A stretch of DNA of 64,000 bases, taken from contig JAHPZE010000001.1 in assembly GCA_019058365.1 (NCBI GenBank), positions 192,001 to 256,000 of the forward strand. Direction: 5' to 3'. This DNA comes from Promethearchaeota archaeon (GTDB lineage Archaea > Asgardarchaeota > Lokiarchaeia > Sigyniarchaeales > SOKP01). Under the pieces are notes generated by a model. It worked only from the letters and a program-made list of their open reading frames with translations. It was not told the origin of the DNA and ran no database searches. This document shows, piece after piece, positions 20,451 through 30,486 of the stretch (position 1 is the first letter of the stretch; each line of letters begins with the position of its first letter). A program made the position numbers and the translations under genes.

Positions 20451-21947
20451 TTAGAGTTTGTAGATTGGATAAAATTTCTTCTCTACATATTTAAAAAAGT
20501 AGTCTGGGTTTAAACTTTCTCCAGTTACCCTTTTGATCAAATCATTAGCTCGATAAACACTTCCGTGCTGATGTATTTTTTCTCGTAAGTATTTCAATAA
20601 ATTAGAAAATTCACCTTTTTTATAATCTTCAGGTAAATTTGGCATCGCTTCCTGCGCTTTTGAATAAATCTGAGCTGAATATAAACTCCCCAGAAAGTAA
20701 GTAGGGAAGTATCCTATGGCTCCACCGCTCCAATGCATATCTTGTAATACTCCTTCTTTATCATTAGGAGGAGTAATTCCTAAGTATTCTTCCATCTTAG
20801 AGTTCCATAATTCTGGTAATTCATTTACTCGGACTTTGCCTTCAATTAAGTCTTTTTCAATCTCAAATCTTAGAATAACATGTAGACCATAAGTTACTTC
20901 ATCAGCATTTACCCTGATAAATGAGGGTTGAACGCAATTTATCGCTCGATAAAATTCTTCCATTGGATAATTCTTTAAATTCTCAGGGAAATATCTTTGG
21001 AAGGTTGGATACCAATAAATCCAAAATTCTTTACTTCGACCAACAATATTTTCCAACAACCTTGATTGAGATTCATGAATTCCCATTGAAGTACCAGTGC
21101 ATAATATTGTATCATGTAATTCTTTTTTAATGCCCATTTCATAAAGGGCATGGCCGCACTCATGTATAGTCCCAAAAATACACTCGTTAAGAAAATCATC
21201 TTTTGTTCTTGTAGTTATGCGAACATCTTCAGAAGCAAGTGAAGTTGTAAAGGGATGAGTTGATCTATCTTGTCGACCGTATCCTAAATCATAATTGAAT
21301 TTTTTAATGATCTCAAAACTAAGTTCAAATTGTTTATCAATATTATAATTTTTATGTACAATAGAATCATCTGGTTTATCTGAGGATGAATTCAACTTCT
21401 TTACAACATTGACAATCTTAGGTTTTATTGGATTGAATATATTGGCAATCCAATCATAAGTGGCACCAGGTTCATATAGATCTATTAAAGTGGAATAAAT
21501 GTCGGAGTGTGTTGCTAACTTATTTGCCTTTTCTTTTTGTAATTCAACTGTTTTTTCCAATATTTCTTTAAAGATTGAAAAATCGCTTTTTGTATAAGCC
21601 TCTCTCCAAACACCCGAAGCTTTTACACTAATTTCTGCTATCTCAGTAACTAATTGCTCAGGTAATTTAGTCGCAAGATCATATTCTCTTTTAATCTCTC
21701 GTAACATAGCACTGTCGATCTCATTAAGGGCAGGAATTTTTTCTGCTTCTTTAATTAGTTTTCCAACTTTTTCCGAAGTAATTCTTTGATGTAATAATTT
21801 TTGGAGGAGAGAAATTTGTTTAGCCTTACCATCCAAAGATTTATAATTCCGCATGTTGACTTCTTGATCCCAATTCAAAGCTGCGGAAATATAGTGTAAT
21901 CTCATTATTTCGGCAAAATATTCACGAAATTCATTAATAGCACTCAT
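20451..21947 (-). CDS. M32 carboxypeptidase (copy 2)
   Basis: HPF, DVRITTR, HECGH, HESQ, IRVNADE, QDMHW, GYFPTY. Confidence 0.95.
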   Translation of the reverse strand: MSAINEFREYFAEIMRLHYISAALNWDQEVNMRNYKSLDGKAKQISLLQKLLHQRITSEKVGKLIKEAEKIPALNEIDSAMLREIKREYDLATKLPEQLVTEIAEISVKASGVWREAYTKSDFSIFKEILEKTVELQKEKANKLATHSDIYSTLIDLYEPGATYDWIANIFNPIKPKIVNVVKKLNSSSDKPDDSIVHKNYNIDKQFELSFEIIKKFNYDLGYGRQDRSTHPFTTSLASEDVRITTRTKDDFLNECIFGTIHECGHALYEMGIKKELHDTILCTGTSMGIHESQSRLLENIVGRSKEFWIYWYPTFQRYFPENLKNYPMEEFYRAINCVQPSFIRVNADEVTYGLHVILRFEIEKDLIEGKVRVNELPELWNSKMEEYLGITPPNDKEGVLQDMHWSGGAIGYFPTYFLGSLYSAQIYSKAQEAMPNLPEDYKKGEFSNLLKYLREKIHQHGSVYRANDLIKRVTGESLNPDYFFKYVEKKFYPIYKL

Positions 21948-22120
21948 TTTTTAGACCTTAGATGTTTCTTTAAATTGTTTTTTGATAAATTTAGTCATGT
22001 TTTAACAAAAAAATTTAATTATCACATAATTGAATATAGAATAATTTTAAAAGAAGTGTGTTGTGAACTATTGAACTAATTATACGAAATAAAAAAAAAA
22101 CAATTTTAAAATTTTTCGGT

Positions 22121-23710
22121 TTAGGTTAATTGTTCTTGTTTAACAAAAAAATCTGCAGCTAATTCCACATCTTGAATTGTTACAGGTCTCCCTAAAGATT
22201 TTTCTAATTCTATTATTAAATTGTTACATAAATTTAAGCTTAAAGAACTACCTTTACTTATAATAATTTTTTGTAATTCCTTAGTAAAATCGATAACTAG
22301 GGGTCTTTCTACCTCTTTTTTGATATCTTCATGAGGGCTGAATATCTCTATTGGCATTTTTGCTTTGGGTTTTACATTACTATCCGTTTTATCGATCTGG
22401 GGTTCTTTACTTATTTCTTGAGGCACAGAAGCTTTTTTTTTTGTTTTTTGCGGTGCTTTTGGAATTTTAAGTGGTTTTATATCAATTTCTTTATCTAATT
22501 TTCGAAAAGAAACTAATCCTTTAGCAGGTTTTGAAGGAACAGCTTGAACTTCTTCTTTTAAGGTCTCTTGATCTTGAGATTGAATTGATGTATCTGTATC
22601 TATGCTAGGAAGTGGTTTTACAGTTACTTTCCTCGAAAACATTAATGGTTTCGAAATTTCAAAATCCATCTTTTTTTCTGATTCCTTTCTTTTCTCAGTT
22701 TGTTCGTGAATTTTTTTGTTAAGTACCTTAATTTTCTGTTCAATTGCTTTTGTAAATATGATATTTTGATATGATTCACTAATAGTAATCAATTCTTTAT
22801 ACTTAGCTAGAGCTTGTACTTTTTTACCCTCTAAAACTAAATTATCTACTTCTCTTATTAATTCTCCAAAATTTTCTGGTATTTTCTGTTTTAGTCCAAG
22901 ACTTTCCATTATAAAATTATGAATTTGAGATTTCGCATCAATATCAGTTAGAGAAATTTCTTTAAAATCAGTAATATTTAATTCATTTTTTATTCTTCGT
23001 ATATCCGCATCCTCTACTAAATCTCTTTTATTTCCAATGATAAGTAATTTGGAATAATTACTTTCCGTTTGATGGAGTTTTATAAAACGGTTGAGCATTT
23101 TTAAATTATAATTTGCTAAGTTAAAAAGGAGAATAACTAAATCTGAACCTTTTATGAATTTTGACCAAAGAAGTGAGAAATTATCCTTTAATTGAAAATC
23201 CCATAAATCAAAAGATATACCATCTATCTCGAAAGATGATGATTTTGCGACTTCCATAATGGTTTTTTCTTCGCCACTTTTTAACATATTATAGAGGGTA
23301 GTCTTGCCCGCATTTGTAGGACCTACGAGCACTATTTTTGAATGAAGCTCTTTTTGGATTTCATCCAAGAAAGTATTAAATTCATTCGTTACTAGACTAG
23401 ATTCATTAATTTCTTGAGGATTAGGAAATAATTCTTTGAATTTTTTAATTGTTTTAATCATTATCGTGTCAATATATTGAAGTGAATCGACTATGTCTGT
23501 AATAAATAGAAAATATAGATTCTCAGAGGCTCTATGAAAAATTTGAAAATTCGAAACTTGTCGTTGAAACGTTTTCCCAGGCATAGGCATATCAATATAT
23601 TTCTGGATTATACTTTTTACATTGGTTAATTCATCAGTACCAAGAGCTATTGCATAATCCTTAACAAATAATAATTCTGATCTTAGAAAAATATGTAGTT
23701 GTCTCAACAT
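22121..23710 (-). CDS. Longin-like domain + Ras-superfamily small GTPase + helical/low-complexity tail
   Basis: G1 GPTNAGKT, G3 region LWDFQL (no Gly), G4 NKRD; the first ~120 aa show a longin-like strand/helix pattern. Confidence 0.8.
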   Translation of the reverse strand: MLRQLHIFLRSELLFVKDYAIALGTDELTNVKSIIQKYIDMPMPGKTFQRQVSNFQIFHRASENLYFLFITDIVDSLQYIDTIMIKTIKKFKELFPNPQEINESSLVTNEFNTFLDEIQKELHSKIVLVGPTNAGKTTLYNMLKSGEEKTIMEVAKSSSFEIDGISFDLWDFQLKDNFSLLWSKFIKGSDLVILLFNLANYNLKMLNRFIKLHQTESNYSKLLIIGNKRDLVEDADIRRIKNELNITDFKEISLTDIDAKSQIHNFIMESLGLKQKIPENFGELIREVDNLVLEGKKVQALAKYKELITISESYQNIIFTKAIEQKIKVLNKKIHEQTEKRKESEKKMDFEISKPLMFSRKVTVKPLPSIDTDTSIQSQDQETLKEEVQAVPSKPAKGLVSFRKLDKEIDIKPLKIPKAPQKTKKKASVPQEISKEPQIDKTDSNVKPKAKMPIEIFSPHEDIKKEVERPLVIDFTKELQKIIISKGSSLSLNLCNNLIIELEKSLGRPVTIQDVELAADFFVKQEQLT

Positions 23711-23908
23711 ATTCTATTGAACCTAATTGGAAATGTTTATATTTATAAAAAAAGAAGCAATCCTAATTAATAATTTTTTATAATTAAACAAAAGTTAATT
23801 TTACTTATCTTTTATACTTGTTTAGTTGAATAAAAAATAATATTAGGTTTTAATTATTTTTATTTCTTAGAATAAGGAAAATAAAATTATAATTTTTAAC
23901 TTCATGAT

Positions 23909-24862
23909 ATGCCCCTCCAACCAGACCACATTCTAAAGTATATAAACAATGAATCAGATACCAAGAATAAATCAGAATTAATTGAACTACTACGGAATAC
24001 TATTGATAAACTTTGTTTTGAGGACTGCCAGCTAGATAGGATTGCATGTACTTTACAACCAAAATGTTCAAGAAGGCATTTATTGAAACTCCGTATAAAA
24101 AGTAGACTTACCATTGATGATTTGCCAAAATTTTGTTATAGTGTCCATAAGGGGGTTGTAGAAAGGTATTTTAGAAATAAAACGGTAATATACCGTCCAT
24201 ACGATAGTTATTTATACTTAATTGATTTTTTAGATATTTTTTTCCATGGAGATTATCGGAAATTAAATAAGTTCATTTCTCTTAATAAATGGGAAGATAC
24301 ATTTAAGATATTTGATGATAGAATACATAATAGGGAAGAAAAATTTGAATATTTAAAAACAGACAATTATTTATTATTCAAATTTGAAGATCGCATTCAT
24401 ATTGTTTTTTTGAATGAAAAATATGTTCTCTGTAATGCTAATCGTGAAAACATTGTCAATCTTGAATTATTAAATGGAATATGTAACCTTTATGCAGACA
24501 TTTATTTTCCTGAAGTAAAAATGAAATATGTTCCCTCAAAACATGTAGAAATAACTCTTAAAGTTCCGTACGAGGTCTTAACAAAAGTTTCGAAAGAACC
24601 TTCTATTAATAATTCTAAAGCAGACACATATTTTTGGAATACTTTCTGGGAAGATCTCAATGCTCTAACGCAATATTGTGATCAAATTAATTTGTATGAA
24701 GATAAAAATCAAAATTTAGAAATTATTTTATATGTAAGTCTCTTATCTAATACTTACACTGAAGAAGGAAATAAATCAGCGCTGAGATTTAGAGATTTAC
24801 GATTAATATTTAATTTTATAACTCGAATTTATACAGAATATTATATAATATGGGTAGAGTAA
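23909..24862 (+). CDS. Hypothetical protein with an N-terminal Cys cluster
   Basis: C-x3-C-x6-C-x5-C plus KFCY; divergent from the GTPase gene. Confidence 0.65.
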   Translation: MPLQPDHILKYINNESDTKNKSELIELLRNTIDKLCFEDCQLDRIACTLQPKCSRRHLLKLRIKSRLTIDDLPKFCYSVHKGVVERYFRNKTVIYRPYDSYLYLIDFLDIFFHGDYRKLNKFISLNKWEDTFKIFDDRIHNREEKFEYLKTDNYLLFKFEDRIHIVFLNEKYVLCNANRENIVNLELLNGICNLYADIYFPEVKMKYVPSKHVEITLKVPYEVLTKVSKEPSINNSKADTYFWNTFWEDLNALTQYCDQINLYEDKNQNLEIILYVSLLSNTYTEEGNKSALRFRDLRLIFNFITRIYTEYYIIWVE

Positions 24863-24890
24863 ATAAAAAATCATAATATGGGCAGTAATT

Positions 24891-26168
24891 ATGAATGATA
24901 CTGAGAAATTTGAAGTAGAAATCAACCAAATCAAAGATTTTGTGAATGATGGAAGATTTGATGATGCTGTGAAGATTATAGCACTTTATATTGGAGATTC
25001 TACTGAAGATGATTATTTAGATAGACTTGAAGAAATAATAGAAACTCTTTTAACCCTACATGGTGGTCAGACAGTACTACGTTTTTTAATTGAGAATCTT
25101 GTTATTGATATTCCATCCTTATTAGAAAATCTCTCAAAGAAAGATTCTGTATTACGTTACACTTTTTTGTTACTATTAAGAACAATCTGTGAGAAGGAAT
25201 GCGAACTTTTTCTTCCATATAGTGAAAATTTAGTGAATTCAGAAGATCCCAATGTTAGAGAAGCTGCTTTACAATTATTAATTTATATGGCTGGTGGGGA
25301 TACTATTATTGAAGATGAATCTCTTATTAAAGCAATATTATTAAAATTATCTGATGAAAAAGATTTTGTGGTCGAAAAAGCTATTCAAACTTTGAAATCA
25401 ATTGGAGAAAAAGCTCCTAAATTGATGACAAGAATTTTAACAGAATACGCTAAAGTAATTTCTGATATCCCTAATAATGAAGAAATTAAAAATTATATCG
25501 ATCAAATCTTGAAATCTATTGTTTCTGTTGATAAAATTGAGGAGATTGTAGAGGAGAAAAAAACGCAAAAAGAACTATTAAAAGATGAAGTTGAGGCTTC
25601 TGAGTCTATAGTCAGTGAGAAAAAGGAAGATTATTTAGGAAAGAAAGAATCAGACATTTTGGATAAAGAATTTGAATTAAAAAAGAAAGAATTAGAAATT
25701 AAACAAAAAAAATTAGAGTTAAAAGAAAAAGAAAGGAATATTGAGGAAAAAGTAATCCAAAAAAAAGAAGAAGTCCTCAAACTTAAAGAAGAAATCTTAG
25801 AAAAGAAAAGTGATCTTGGAGAACCAATTGAAACAAAAATCCCTAAAAAACTTAAGAGAAAGGAAGAAGAAATCATTGATAAAGAAATTCAATTGAAAAA
25901 GAAAGATTTAGAAATCAAGAAAAAAAAGATTGAATTAGAAGAAAAGGAAAAGGAATTAGAGGAAAAAGAGATTTTAGAGAGAGAAAAAGCTTTAAAGATA
26001 AAAGAAAAATTATTAAAAAGAGAAAATGAGTTATCTCAAGTTGAATTAGAATTAAAACAAAAATCCATTGAGCAGAAAGAGCAAAAAATCCAAGAAGAAG
26101 AAATGAAAAGAGTTGAAGAAGAACTTAAAAAGTCTCTACACAAAGAGGAAAAAACTAAAGAAAATTAA
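24891..26168 (+). CDS. HEAT/ARM-repeat protein with a long E/K-rich helical tail
   Basis: EDPNVREAALQLL and SDEKDFVVEKAIQTLKSIG HEAT units; C-terminal ~190 aa dominated by E, K, L and I. Confidence 0.8.
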   Translation: MNDTEKFEVEINQIKDFVNDGRFDDAVKIIALYIGDSTEDDYLDRLEEIIETLLTLHGGQTVLRFLIENLVIDIPSLLENLSKKDSVLRYTFLLLLRTICEKECELFLPYSENLVNSEDPNVREAALQLLIYMAGGDTIIEDESLIKAILLKLSDEKDFVVEKAIQTLKSIGEKAPKLMTRILTEYAKVISDIPNNEEIKNYIDQILKSIVSVDKIEEIVEEKKTQKELLKDEVEASESIVSEKKEDYLGKKESDILDKEFELKKKELEIKQKKLELKEKERNIEEKVIQKKEEVLKLKEEILEKKSDLGEPIETKIPKKLKRKEEEIIDKEIQLKKKDLEIKKKKIELEEKEKELEEKEILEREKALKIKEKLLKRENELSQVELELKQKSIEQKEQKIQEEEMKRVEEELKKSLHKEEKTKEN

Positions 26169-27208
26169 TTACTTTCTTCATCTTCTTCAAATTCCATGCT
26201 TGATTCAGGTTTATTCTCACTTATAGGAGTAATATGTAGCCTTCTAACTATTTTTCTTACTTCTTCAATTTTCATACTCTCTGGAGGCAAATTTAGTTGA
26301 ATTTTTTTAGCTAAATCATAGGCCAGCTCAATATATTTGAGATCCTCTAAGAATTCAATTATTTGGATTTTATAATCAACATCTTCAGATCCTTTGCCGT
26401 ACTCCATTAATTTTTCTTTAAGTAAGATATCAATTTTATCTGATCTTTCCGACCGTTTAACTGCCTTTACAAGCATTTTAAAAGAATTCATAATGTTATA
26501 CATTTCAGATTTAGCATAACTATCTATGTTTTTCAATACATAGAAAATATATATTTCTGCTTTCTCCCACCTTTTAAATTTTAAACTAGTTTCAACCAAT
26601 TCTAACAATGCTAGTTCATAGAGAAATTTACTCTCAATGTTGGGAATTATCTTTTCAAAAATCCAATCCAGTAAATTTGGTTGATCAAATTTATCAATTA
26701 TATCGATTAAGAATTTTTCAACAGCAAAATACAATTTTGCATTTTCAGTTTTAGTTGAGGAAAGAAAAGATACTAAAGCATATTTAACGCGTCCCATAGC
26801 ATCCTCTAAATTAAGAGGTGTTTCTGCAAACTTATAAAATGCAGATTCTAAAATAGGAATTAGTTTGTCTTTAGCATCAAAATCATAAACAAAATATTCT
26901 CCCCACGCGGGACTTGAACCCATAGTTTTTTCAACTATTTTTTTCTCGCCCGGAGCTCGTGGAGGTTTTGTCACTTTAGTTTTTCTCGCTTTTAATTCAT
27001 CAGAAAGCTGTTTAACTTGGTCATCAGATAAAAATTCTAAAATTATTTTATCTTTTTCATTAGGAACAACTAATCTGAAATATACTTCAGCATCTTCTTT
27101 AAATAATAAGTCTCTTAAATCTTTTGGGAATGTGATTCCTGTTTTTGTTTTCTTTACAATCTCTTCAAAAAAAACCTGTTGATCATCAGAATTCTGATTT
27201 TCTTCCAT
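26165..27208 (-). CDS. Hypothetical protein: AbrB-like N-terminus + alpha-helical body
   Basis: KTGITFPKDLRDLL resembles the AbrB/MazE G.I.IPK..R motif; the remainder is helical. Confidence 0.55.
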   Translation of the reverse strand: MEENQNSDDQQVFFEEIVKKTKTGITFPKDLRDLLFKEDAEVYFRLVVPNEKDKIILEFLSDDQVKQLSDELKARKTKVTKPPRAPGEKKIVEKTMGSSPAWGEYFVYDFDAKDKLIPILESAFYKFAETPLNLEDAMGRVKYALVSFLSSTKTENAKLYFAVEKFLIDIIDKFDQPNLLDWIFEKIIPNIESKFLYELALLELVETSLKFKRWEKAEIYIFYVLKNIDSYAKSEMYNIMNSFKMLVKAVKRSERSDKIDILLKEKLMEYGKGSEDVDYKIQIIEFLEDLKYIELAYDLAKKIQLNLPPESMKIEEVRKIVRRLHITPISENKPESSMEFEEDEESN

Positions 27209-27292
27209 ATGTATATTATTTTAATTATACTTTTAAAATATTTTATTGAGGATTTAAGAATAGCTATTTGACAAGATAGGATTGGATTTATA

Positions 27293-27895
27293 TTAACCAG
27301 TAATATTTACTAATTCAATACCTCTGTGTTGGAAATTACGGTCAATAAAACAAAGAATGGCGTGCCCTTTATGGACATACACAATTGGGACAGGATGAGA
27401 CTCTGCATTCTCAATGACACTTCTTTTTACAAATAGTGGGAGAACTTTATTACATACTCTACATTCTACTTGAATTCTTTTAACTAAATCTAAATTTGCA
27501 AAATTTTTTATGATATCTTCTATATTTTGTTTAAATCCATTAAAAAGACCGGGAGAAAAATTGCCATATGATAATATTACATTTACGTCATATACTTCGT
27601 TAAATTTCAAATCTACATATTCTAATAATGCTTCCAGTAATTGATATTGGACCTTTGGACTTGCTCCTACTGTATATATGAGATTATGCTTTCTTATATA
27701 TACAATTTTCATATTCCCCTTATCTTTATGAAAGAAAATGTCACTAATAGGGTTTTCTTTTACAATATTTAAATCTAAATCGAATCTCCTCATAGAACTT
27801 GGGGGTTTCCATTCAAAAAGAGTGAAATTCTCGTTACTAATATTGATAAATTCAAGGAATTCTGCGATATTTTTATATACAGACATATATTCCAT
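27293..27895 (-). CDS. Longin-like protein with a C-terminal CxxC...HxxH putative Zn domain
   Basis: Strand-strand-strand-helix-helix pattern (MKIVYIRK/NLIYTVGA/YQLLEALLEYVDLKF/FKQNIEDII); ECRVC and HKGH. Confidence 0.6.
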   Translation of the reverse strand: MEYMSVYKNIAEFLEFINISNENFTLFEWKPPSSMRRFDLDLNIVKENPISDIFFHKDKGNMKIVYIRKHNLIYTVGASPKVQYQLLEALLEYVDLKFNEVYDVNVILSYGNFSPGLFNGFKQNIEDIIKNFANLDLVKRIQVECRVCNKVLPLFVKRSVIENAESHPVPIVYVHKGHAILCFIDRNFQHRGIELVNITG

Positions 27896-28052
27896 CCAAC
27901 CTAATTTAAGTTCTTAAACTATGAATTTTATTCCATATAAATTAAACTTCTTAAGATAGTAAAAATGTTGCTTTAACTAACTAATGAGACTTCTAATATT
28001 TATATTTTTCATTTAGATTAGCTATTAGAAAGTTAAATAGTAAACAAGATTT

Positions 28053-28274
28053 TTATTGATTGATTGAATATTTCTCCACTGTTTTTGTAGCATGTAAAAT
28101 CAAATAATTTAGGATATCTGTATTTAGATGAAATTCTTGACCAAATAGCGATTTGTAAACATCTAAAATTAAGTCGTATTCATATCTTTTCATTTGATAA
28201 TATGACCTTAGAAATTGATAAATGGCTTGAAAATATCTTAAATATAAAATCAAAACCACCTCTTTTATTTTCAT
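28053..28274 (-). CDS. Small hypothetical protein
   Basis: Only ORF filling this gap; helical composition. Confidence 0.4.
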   Translation of the reverse strand: MKIKEVVLILYLRYFQAIYQFLRSYYQMKRYEYDLILDVYKSLFGQEFHLNTDILNYLILHATKTVEKYSINQ

Positions 28275-28392
28275 CAGGAAGATTTGGATTCATATATTAT
28301 ATTTATGAAAAATTACTTTTTAGAAGAAAACTATCTAATTTTTCGTGAACATCTAGAAAACCTAATTATTCATAACATAATTATATTCTATT

Positions 28393-29223
28393 ATGAGTTT
28401 TGCTTATGTCAATGGAATAAATTTATCTTATGAAGTTAAAGGAACTGGTTTTCCAGTAATATTTATTCATGGTTTTGGCTCGAAACAAGAAATTTGGAAA
28501 CCTCAAATAAAAGAATTAAGTGAAAAATTTAAAACAATTACATTTGACCTAAGGGGAACTGGAAAAACTGACAGACCGAATTATTTCTACTCTATGAAAA
28601 TGTTTGTAGTTGATATAATTAATTTAATGAATTTTCTTCAAATTCAAAAGGCTCACTTAATAGGACGAAGTTTTGGAGGTATGATTGCCCAGCATTTCGC
28701 TTTGTCTTACCCTGAACGTTTAGATAAATTAATATTAATTGCAACAAATTATGGAAAACCTGATACCGAATGGGTTGAAATATTGAAAAATAATCGTCTT
28801 GAAGAGATTAAATTACTTGAAATAAGTCCTGAAAAAGCCTTTTGGAATAAATCGAGATGGGTTTTTCACCAGAATTTTCAGAAAGAATTAAAAAACAATC
28901 CAAAAAAGAAATATTTCAATCTATTTTCTGTTGAAGATTTAATTAAAGAAAGCACCATCAATCCTTCAAGGCCTCAGGATATCATAAATCAAGCTGAAGC
29001 CTTGAAGAAACACTATACTTTAGAAAAGTTAGAGCAAATTAAAAATAAAACATTATTAATTGCTGCTTCTCATGATAGATTAACTCCAAAATCAGTGATG
29101 ATTGAAATGCATAAGAAATTACCAAATTGTACATTAAAGATTATTGAAAATGCAGGACATTTTATGACACTATCAAGAGCTCCCGAAGTTAATAAAATTA
29201 TTTTAGATTTTTTAGAAAATTAA
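28393..29223 (+). CDS. Alpha/beta hydrolase
   Basis: HGFG, DLRG.G, GRSFGG nucleophile elbow, catalytic D and AGH. Confidence 0.9.
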   Translation: MSFAYVNGINLSYEVKGTGFPVIFIHGFGSKQEIWKPQIKELSEKFKTITFDLRGTGKTDRPNYFYSMKMFVVDIINLMNFLQIQKAHLIGRSFGGMIAQHFALSYPERLDKLILIATNYGKPDTEWVEILKNNRLEEIKLLEISPEKAFWNKSRWVFHQNFQKELKNNPKKKYFNLFSVEDLIKESTINPSRPQDIINQAEALKKHYTLEKLEQIKNKTLLIAASHDRLTPKSVMIEMHKKLPNCTLKIIENAGHFMTLSRAPEVNKIILDFLEN

Positions 29224-29229
29224 TGAGGA

Positions 29230-30075
29230 ATGATAAGATTGGATGAAAAAAAGAAAAAAAGAGAACTTGATTCTTTCCAAGAGACTCATAAAATGAAGGA
29301 GTATGAAGATTTATCATTTACCGTGGTTTTAGTCAAACCTGAGCATTCTGGGAATATTGGTTCAATAGCTCGTGTTATGGAAAATTTCGATTTTGAAAAT
29401 CTTGTAATTTTTAATCCAATTGAGAGTGTCGATAAAATTTTAAGTTATAAAACTCAAGGATTTGCCATGCATGGAAAAAATATCCTTTTTAACGCAAAAA
29501 TTATTGAGATAAAGAACCAAGAAGACCATATACCGGAATTTAAACAATTTATGAAAAAATTCGATTATATTATAGCAACTACAGCTCAAGGAAAAAAACA
29601 CTCAAATATTAGGAGATTAGCAATCTTTCCAGAAGATTTGAATTTACCAGTTTCAGAAACACCATTAAAAATTGCGATATTATTTGGAAAGGAATCAAGA
29701 GGTTTGACCAATGAAGAGATTAGTCTTGCTGATATACTCTTGCGAATTCCTACAAGTAATAATTATTCTGCATTAAATTTATCTCATGCTTGCGGAATTA
29801 TTTTATATGAAATATTTAAAAAAATTAACATACTAAACATAGGGAGAGGAATAAGTCCCGTTTTAATTGCTGATAAAGAAGATCGTTCAACATTACTTAA
29901 TATAATAGAAGAAATAATAGAAAAACTGAAAATCAGGTCCCACAAAAAAGAAAATGTATTTTTTGCCTTTAGAAACATTTTTGGACGGAGCTTAATGTCA
30001 AAAAAGGAATTAAGTCTAATTTTAGGTCTCTTTTCTAAAGTTAATAGCATATTGGAAGATATAAATCTATATTAA
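29230..30075 (+). CDS. trmJ: SPOUT RNA methyltransferase, TrmJ/LasT family
   Basis: P...GNIGSIARVM.NF, FGKESRGLTNEE, IPT...Y.ALNLSHA. Confidence 0.85.
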   Translation: MIRLDEKKKKRELDSFQETHKMKEYEDLSFTVVLVKPEHSGNIGSIARVMENFDFENLVIFNPIESVDKILSYKTQGFAMHGKNILFNAKIIEIKNQEDHIPEFKQFMKKFDYIIATTAQGKKHSNIRRLAIFPEDLNLPVSETPLKIAILFGKESRGLTNEEISLADILLRIPTSNNYSALNLSHACGIILYEIFKKINILNIGRGISPVLIADKEDRSTLLNIIEEIIEKLKIRSHKKENVFFAFRNIFGRSLMSKKELSLILGLFSKVNSILEDINLY

Positions 30076-30125
30076 AAAAAATTATAGCTGAATTATTTAA
30101 TATGAACCCTAAGAGCGAACATTTT

Positions 30126-30395
30126 TTATGAATCACTTTTCTTCATTCTTTTTATTAATGTGTAAATCCCAGCAATAATACCCATTAAGGCAAACGCAAT
30201 CAATGAAGGCAGAATCAAAACGCCTATCCAACCAGTTATTATATCTCTTTCTCCTGTATCTGTCTCTATAGCATTATTTAAAATAAATTGAATAACCGGT
30301 TGAAAAAAAACAAACCAAACAACATAAGTCCCTATTATGAATACTATGATAAACAAATTAGACTTGGATATTCCCATTTTTTTTCCCCTCAGCAA
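30126..30395 (-). CDS. Small two-TM membrane protein (likely start 30377)
   Basis: Two hydrophobic helices and a basic C-terminus. Confidence 0.6.
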   Translation of the reverse strand: MLRGKKMGISKSNLFIIVFIIGTYVVWFVFFQPVIQFILNNAIETDTGERDIITGWIGVLILPSLIAFALMGIIAGIYTLIKRMKKSDS

Positions 30396-30486
30396 GTTTA
30401 CTGAGATTACTTTAGTTAAAAATTATCTATAATATTTAACACTTATTAATCAGAAATGGCGGTTTTTCTTTAAAAAAAAGGAGAAT

